A stretch of 14,805 nucleotides of DNA from a bacterium (lineage in GTDB: Bacteria; Patescibacteriota; Minisyncoccia; Minisyncoccales; JAGMAB01), in assembly GCA_030643665.1 (NCBI GenBank), contig DAOWKS010000004.1, positions 1-14,805 of the forward strand, in the 5' to 3' direction. The translations under genes were made by a program, and so were the position numbers. Shown here piece by piece: positions 11,448 to 14,805 of the stretch; positions within the stretch are counted from its first letter, which is position 1, and every line of letters starts with the position of its first letter. The notes beneath the pieces were generated by a model. It was not told the DNA's origin. It saw only the letters and a program-made list of their open reading frames with translations, and ran no database searches.

Positions 11448-12914
11448 CTATGTCACCCAGTATTTTTTCTTGGTCATCTCATCTTTCTTCATCTCTAATT
11501 TTTCTCTTTGTTTTTTTGCTTCATTTGTTTTTGATTTTAATTTTTCAACAGATAATTTGCCTAATTTTTTAATTTCTTTTTCTAAAAACTCCTTTTTGTT
11601 TTTTTGCGGGTCTTCTAAAACATAACCAAGCAGGACATCTAAAACTTGTCCTACCTTAAGACAAGGTTTGATTTTTAAAATCCTCATTATGTCATCGCCT
11701 TTAACTCTTAATTTTTTGACTGAAATCGGGTCCTGGGCAACTTTCTCAATTAAATACCTTAAATGCCTTAATTTATACGGTTCTGCTTTGGGACAACCGG
11801 AACCAATCCTATCGCACATTCTCACTTGAAGCAATTCATTTATGTTTTCCGTACCTACCTGACGCACCAATCTCCTTACCGATGCTTTGCCAACTTCGTC
11901 AACATTGTAATAAAACAAATGAAATCTTACTAATTTAAAAATTTTTTCAATATCTTTTTTGGAAAATTTCAACCGATTTAATAATTGAACAGTCATTTTC
12001 GCTCCAACAATTTCGTGGTTATAAAAAGTAGCTTCTGGTCCTTCACCCCGCTTAGTTCGCGGTTTGCCAATATCATGAAGCAAAGCGGCCAAACGAACAT
12101 ATTTGTTAAAATTGCTCTTAACCGCAAAATCCAAAGAACGCAAACTATGTTCATAACAGTCATAAATATGATGCTTGTTTTGGCTTATTCCATAACTCTC
12201 TTCTAATTCAGGCATAATATATTTTAACATTTGAAGCTGCCTTAAAAGCTCTATGCCTTCAGACGCTTTTTCAGACATAATAATCTTGAGCAATTCATCC
12301 CTGATTCGTTCTTTTGAAATCGCCTGTAATAAGAAAGAATTTTTTTTGATTGCTTGGTTGGTTTTTTCTTTAATTTGCCATCCGCCAGCTTCTAAGTTAC
12401 CAAGAACAGATGTTAATCTAACCGCCCTGAGCATTCTCAAAGCATCCTCTGAAAACCTATCTTCGGCTTTTCCTACTGTTTGAATAATTTTATTTTCTAA
12501 ATCTTTTTGTCCGTTAAATAAGTCAATAATTTTCAATTTTTCATCCATTGCCAAAGCATTGACTGTAAAATCCCTTCTATGCAAATCTTCCTCAATTGTC
12601 TTGGCAAACTTGATTTCGTCAGGATGACGTTTGTCAGTGTATTTTGCTTCACAACGATAAGTGGTAATTTCAATTTCTTTAAGTTCCGGCTTATTACTGC
12701 CAGTTTGAACGGTTACTGTTAAAAACTTGTTCTCGTAAAAATTTTTGGGAAATATTTTTTGAATCTCTTTCGGCTTGGCATTAGTAGCCACATCCCAATC
12801 TTGGGGTTTAATTCCTCTTAAAAAATCCCTGACGCACCCGCCGACAATATGAGCGCTAAAGCGCTCTTTCTTTAATTTTTCAATGACAAGTTTTACTTCT
12901 TTTGGGATATTCAT
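11448..12914 (-). CDS. cca: CCA-adding tRNA nucleotidyltransferase (class II, with HD domain) and a Lys-rich C-terminal tail (488 aa)
   Basis: AHIVGGCVRDFLRGIKPQDWDVATNAKPKEIQKIF matches GG-x-VRD-x-L-x-G....D-x-D..T.A.P. RRDFTVNALA matches the RRDFT-x-NA motif. An HD domain is present (AALLHDIGKP, YNHEIVGA). The C-terminal ~45 aa is a K/E-rich extension. Confidence 0.85.
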   Translation of the reverse strand: MNIPKEVKLVIEKLKKERFSAHIVGGCVRDFLRGIKPQDWDVATNAKPKEIQKIFPKNFYENKFLTVTVQTGSNKPELKEIEITTYRCEAKYTDKRHPDEIKFAKTIEEDLHRRDFTVNALAMDEKLKIIDLFNGQKDLENKIIQTVGKAEDRFSEDALRMLRAVRLTSVLGNLEAGGWQIKEKTNQAIKKNSFLLQAISKERIRDELLKIIMSEKASEGIELLRQLQMLKYIMPELEESYGISQNKHHIYDCYEHSLRSLDFAVKSNFNKYVRLAALLHDIGKPRTKRGEGPEATFYNHEIVGAKMTVQLLNRLKFSKKDIEKIFKLVRFHLFYYNVDEVGKASVRRLVRQVGTENINELLQVRMCDRIGSGCPKAEPYKLRHLRYLIEKVAQDPISVKKLRVKGDDIMRILKIKPCLKVGQVLDVLLGYVLEDPQKNKKEFLEKEIKKLGKLSVEKLKSKTNEAKKQREKLEMKKDEMTKKKYWVT

Positions 12915-12920
12915 AATCTA

Positions 12921-12949
12921 ATCTTAACTCAAAAATTTGCTTTTTTCAA
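12921..12949 (-). promoter_or_regulatory. Candidate promoter for cca, placing the transcription start at or next to the ATG (possibly leaderless)
   Basis: Read on the minus strand: TTGAAA (12949-12944), a 17-nt spacer, TAAGAT (12926-12921), 6 nt (TAGATT), then ATG (12914). No SD-like purine tract is present. Confidence 0.35.
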
Positions 12950-12958
12950 TTGGTTTGG

Positions 12959-13034
12959 CCTGCCCCGTTAGAAATGACATCACTTTCTCTTATAATTACA
13001 TAAAGAGTTGACCTTAAATTTCTAATGGGGTAGG
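12959..13034 (+). repeat. 17-bp inverted repeat enclosing a 42-nt segment with an inner hairpin; structured element just upstream of tRNA-Arg
   Basis: CCTGCCCCGTTAGAAAT (12959-12975) pairs with ATTTCTAATGGGGTAGG (13018-13034). It has 15 Watson-Crick pairs plus 2 G:U pairs when read as plus-strand RNA; these become C:A mismatches on the other strand. An inner CTCTTAT...ATAAAGAG hairpin is present. The right arm ends 10 nt before the tRNA. Confidence 0.6.
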
Positions 13035-13036
13035 AT
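13008..13036 (+). promoter_or_regulatory. Candidate promoter for tRNA-Arg
   Basis: TTGACC (13008-13013), a 17-nt spacer, TAGGAT (13031-13036), then 8 nt to the tRNA 5' end. A second candidate is TTAGAA (12968-12973), 17 nt, then a perfect TATAAT (12991-12996). Both lie inside the inverted-repeat element. Confidence 0.35.
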
Positions 13037-13044
13037 AATTAAAT

Positions 13045-13116
13045 GTCCCCGTGGTATAATGGATAACACGAGGCGCTTCGGACGCCTAGTTGAGGGTTCG
13101 AGTCCTTCCGGGGGCA
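13045..13116 (+). tRNA. tRNA-Arg (anticodon TCG), 72 nt, CCA not encoded
   Basis: Manual fold: GTCCCCG TG GTAT AATGGATA ACAC G AGGCG CTTCGGA CGCCT AGTT GAGGG TTCGAGT CCTTC CGGGGGC A. It has T33 and G37, a canonical GG D-loop and a canonical TTCGAGT T-loop. Downstream sequence is CAAACG. Confidence 0.85.
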
Positions 13117-13161
13117 CAAACGCTTCACTAAATTAAAAGTGAAAAATTATTTTATATTAAA

Positions 13162-13629
13162 ATGATGAAGAAATTATTTTTAATTATTGTATTAGCAGGC
13201 ATTGTTTTTATTCCTTTAATTACGCAGGCGGCTGGCTTGGTTCCTTGCGGCGGTTGTGAAGAATATAATGAAGCAACCGGTGTATGTATAACAGAAGAGC
13301 CGGATTGTCAATTCTGTCATTTTTTTGAATTGGTTGATAATATTATTGATTTTGTTTTAATAAAATTAGTTCCGCCCTTGGCAGTCCTGATGCTGGTAAT
13401 CGGCGGAATAATGTTTATAGGCGCGACTCTGGAATTTTTGCCCGGCGGACCAACCCTTCTTAGCGACGCAAAAAAATTAATGACTTCAGTAGTTATCGGC
13501 TTAATTATAATTTACGGCGGCTGGATTATTATAGGTTTATTCTTGCAAACAATTGGTTTAGATGTTTGGGCTGAAAATATTTTTAAAAGTTGGTGGGAAA
13601 CAGGTTTTTTCACAATTCCTTGCGAATAA
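13162..13629 (+). CDS. Secreted/membrane pilin-like protein of the 'LVPCG' TrbC/VirB2-like (T4SS-pilin-like) type common in CPR genomes (155 aa)
   Basis: Signal peptide MMKKLFLIIVLAGIVFIPLITQAAG. Then LVPCGGCEE....CQFCHFFELVDNIIDFVLIKLVPPLAVLMLVIGGIMFIGA, followed by a second TM helix VVIGLIIIYGGWIIIGLF. The two-helix pilin-like layout with conserved Cys pairs was recognised by eye only. Confidence 0.5.
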   Translation: MMKKLFLIIVLAGIVFIPLITQAAGLVPCGGCEEYNEATGVCITEEPDCQFCHFFELVDNIIDFVLIKLVPPLAVLMLVIGGIMFIGATLEFLPGGPTLLSDAKKLMTSVVIGLIIIYGGWIIIGLFLQTIGLDVWAENIFKSWWETGFFTIPCE

Positions 13630-13680
13630 TTTCCCCCGCCCCCATGACTTAATGGAAAAGTAGTAAATAGAAAAAATGAA

Positions 13681-14436
13681 ATGGATAAATCAAAGTATTC
13701 AAAATTAAAAAAGGAAGCAATTAAATTACGAAAGAAAGGATTAAGTTATAGAGAAATAGGAAAAGAGTTAGATGTAGCAAAGAGTACAGTTAGGTTTTGG
13801 TGTATAAATGTTCCTTTAAGTCTTGAAGACCGAGAACGGCTTTATACAAAACAAGTTTTACTTTTAGCCAGAGGACCAAATAGTCAAAAAGAAAGAAGAA
13901 AAAGAGAAATAGCAAAAATTATTAAAGAAGCCGAAAAAGAAATTCATCTTCCTCTTTCTTTTGAAACATATCGCTTTTTAGGAGCAGCTTTATATTGGTC
14001 AGAAGGAAGTAAAACAAATCATTTTGCTATTACAAATTCCGATCCTCATTTTATACTTTTTATGGTAAGATGGTTTAACCAAATTTTCAAAGTTTCTACG
14101 AAATATCTAAAAGCGAAACTTAATATCTATCCTCAACAAAATGAACAGGAAATAAAACAATTTTGGTCGCAATTAACTGGTATTCCTCTTGAAAATTTTG
14201 GCAAAAGTTTCGTAAAACCTCCCAATAAAGGATATAAGAAAAACAATCTTTATTACGGAACAATAAGAATTGTGGTTCCAAGGGGAACTGATATGCGTCA
14301 TAGGGTTTTCGGCTGGGTAAAGGCAATACTAAAAAATATAGAACCTCAAACAGAATTAGTACAAAAAGAATGGAAATCACTTAGAGAAGTTCCTCGACCG
14401 ATAAATATCCCTGAAAAATTAAATTTGCCCCGCTAG
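13681..14436 (+). CDS. HTH plus LAGLIDADG-like putative homing endonuclease (251 aa); the stop codon lies inside tRNA-Lys
   Basis: N-terminus: LRKKGLSYREIGKELDVAKSTVRFW (resolvase/sigma-r4-like HTH). The core FLGAALYWSEGSK resembles a single LAGLIDADG-type helix ending in an acidic residue plus Gly (..lyw(A/S)EGs). The downstream basic beta-rich region YYGTIRIVVPRG is consistent with that fold. The last 10 nt (14427-14436) overlap the tRNA. Confidence 0.45.
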   Translation: MDKSKYSKLKKEAIKLRKKGLSYREIGKELDVAKSTVRFWCINVPLSLEDRERLYTKQVLLLARGPNSQKERRKREIAKIIKEAEKEIHLPLSFETYRFLGAALYWSEGSKTNHFAITNSDPHFILFMVRWFNQIFKVSTKYLKAKLNIYPQQNEQEIKQFWSQLTGIPLENFGKSFVKPPNKGYKKNNLYYGTIRIVVPRGTDMRHRVFGWVKAILKNIEPQTELVQKEWKSLREVPRPINIPEKLNLPR

Positions 14437-14499
14437 CTCAATTGGTAGAGCAGGAAACTCTTAATTTCAAGGTTGTAGGTTCGAGTCCTGCGCGGGGCA
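14427..14499 (+). tRNA. tRNA-Lys (anticodon CTT), 73 nt, CCA not encoded
   Basis: Manual fold: GCCCCGC TA GCTC AATTGGTA GAGC A GGAAA CTCTTAA TTTCA AGGTT GTAGG TTCGAGT CCTGC GCGGGGC A. It has T33 and A37, and one G-A mismatch at 27:43. Downstream sequence is CAAGCG. Confidence 0.85.
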
Positions 14500-14538
14500 C
14501 AAGCGCTTCGCTAAATGAAAAACTAAAAATTTAAAATT

Positions 14539-14805
14539 ATGTTAACTCCAGAAGAAAAAACAAAAACAATCAAAAAATACAAAGTTCATGAAACAGACAC
14601 CGGATCTCCGGAAGTGCAGATTGCTTTGCTTTCTGAAGAAATTAAAAGGCTGCTTTTACATTTGAAAAAACACTCTAAAGATTTTCATTCAAAAAGAGGA
14701 TTGTTAAAAATGGTTGCAAATAGAAGAAAACTTTTAAAATACTTAAAAGAAGAAAGCACAAGGAGATATAACATTATTATTAAAAAAATCGGATTAAAAA
14801 AGTAA
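14539..14805 (+). CDS. rpsO: 30S ribosomal protein S15 (88 aa)
   Basis: [61 protein letters not shown] matches the bacterial S15 signature (DTGS-x-EVQ-x-A-x-L...H...H.KD.HS.RGLL..V..RR.LL.YL......Y). It ends with TAA at 14803-14805. Confidence 0.95.
   Translation: MLTPEEKTKTIKKYKVHETDTGSPEVQIALLSEEIKRLLLHLKKHSKDFHSKRGLLKMVANRRKLLKYLKEESTRRYNIIIKKIGLKK

Noticed and set aside
12915-13044. The coding-strand switch (minus-strand genes to the left, plus-strand to the right) as a possible replication origin
   Set aside because: No DnaA boxes or origin-associated genes were seen in or beside this spacer. Plus-strand genes also occur at 599 and 10466. The region is better explained as a divergent promoter region with a structured element.
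13124-13143. TTCACT-N8-AGTGAA hairpin after tRNA-Arg as a terminator
   Set aside because: The stem is only 6 bp and AT-rich. The downstream sequence is A/T mixed rather than a clean U-run, and the homologous trailer after tRNA-Lys lacks the 3' arm. Evidence is too weak to call a terminator.
13633-13643. Unusual C-rich tract CCCCCGCCCCC just after the pilin-like gene stop
   Set aside because: It has no adequate G-rich partner nearby to form a terminator stem; there is only a 6-bp GGGAAA/TTTCCC match ~35 nt away. It is a single occurrence with no obvious function. It is noted only as a compositional oddity.
2626-14380. Other short antisense or overlapping track ORFs: 2626..2817, 2997..3209, 3789..3992, 4545..4754, 4924..5166, 6366..6602, 7584..7796, 9305..9553, 9550..9744, 9824..10027, 9919..10101, 11033..11293, 11037..11234, 11365..11625, 11985..12206, 12253..12483, 14120..14380
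   Set aside because: Each lies within, or antisense to, a longer ORF with clear family motifs. 11365..11625 additionally runs across tRNA-Pro. None shows a recognisable motif, so all are treated as shadow ORFs.
1-14805. Alternative genetic code (UGA recoding, as in some CPR relatives)
   Set aside because: All motif-supported genes are intact, normal-length ORFs under the standard bacterial code, and several end in TGA at sensible positions (e.g. 2376, 3136, 6323). There is no sign of in-frame TGA read-through being required.

Overview
AT-rich (roughly one-third G+C by eye), gene-dense window. It looks like a small-genome bacterium of the CPR/Patescibacteria type. This is an inference from bacterial-type S15, a class-II CCA enzyme, UppS and YraN, an 'LVPCG' pilin-like protein, tRNA genes without encoded CCA, and many starts with no Shine-Dalgarno. 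Standard genetic code fits. All domain calls come from motif recognition by eye; no searches were run.

Layout: 1-12.9 kb is almost all minus-strand, and 13.0-14.8 kb is plus-strand.

(a) 1-6.2 kb holds a co-directional lipid/isoprenoid-themed string:
- a partial DUF35-like/DUF362-like gene
- an archaeal-type thiolase
- UppS
- a single-chain DAK2(FakA-like)+DegV(FakB-like) fusion
- a TM-helix-repeat membrane protein
- a CDP-archaeol-synthase-family (CarS-like) protein

(b) 6.3-7.9 kb is housekeeping-like: YraN, NUDIX, HD.

(c) 8-11.4 kb looks accessory:
- a wHTH-Fic protein with a non-canonical QPFDDGNKR motif
- tRNA-Ala
- an XRE / unknown 132-aa / HAD operon
- a triple zinc-ribbon nuclease-like protein
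- tRNA-Pro

(d) The remainder runs: cca; a structured divergent intergenic region; tRNA-Arg; a pilin-like protein; an HTH+LAGLIDADG-like ORF whose stop lies inside tRNA-Lys; then rpsO.

No CRISPR array, rRNA, transposase or integrase was seen.

The most interesting candidates are:
- the FakA-FakB-type fusion within the lipid-salvage-like cluster
- the two homing-endonuclease-like genes abutting tRNA genes
- near-identical 3' trailers after two different tRNAs, bracketing the pilin+endonuclease pair
- small dispersed upstream modules and periodic repeats
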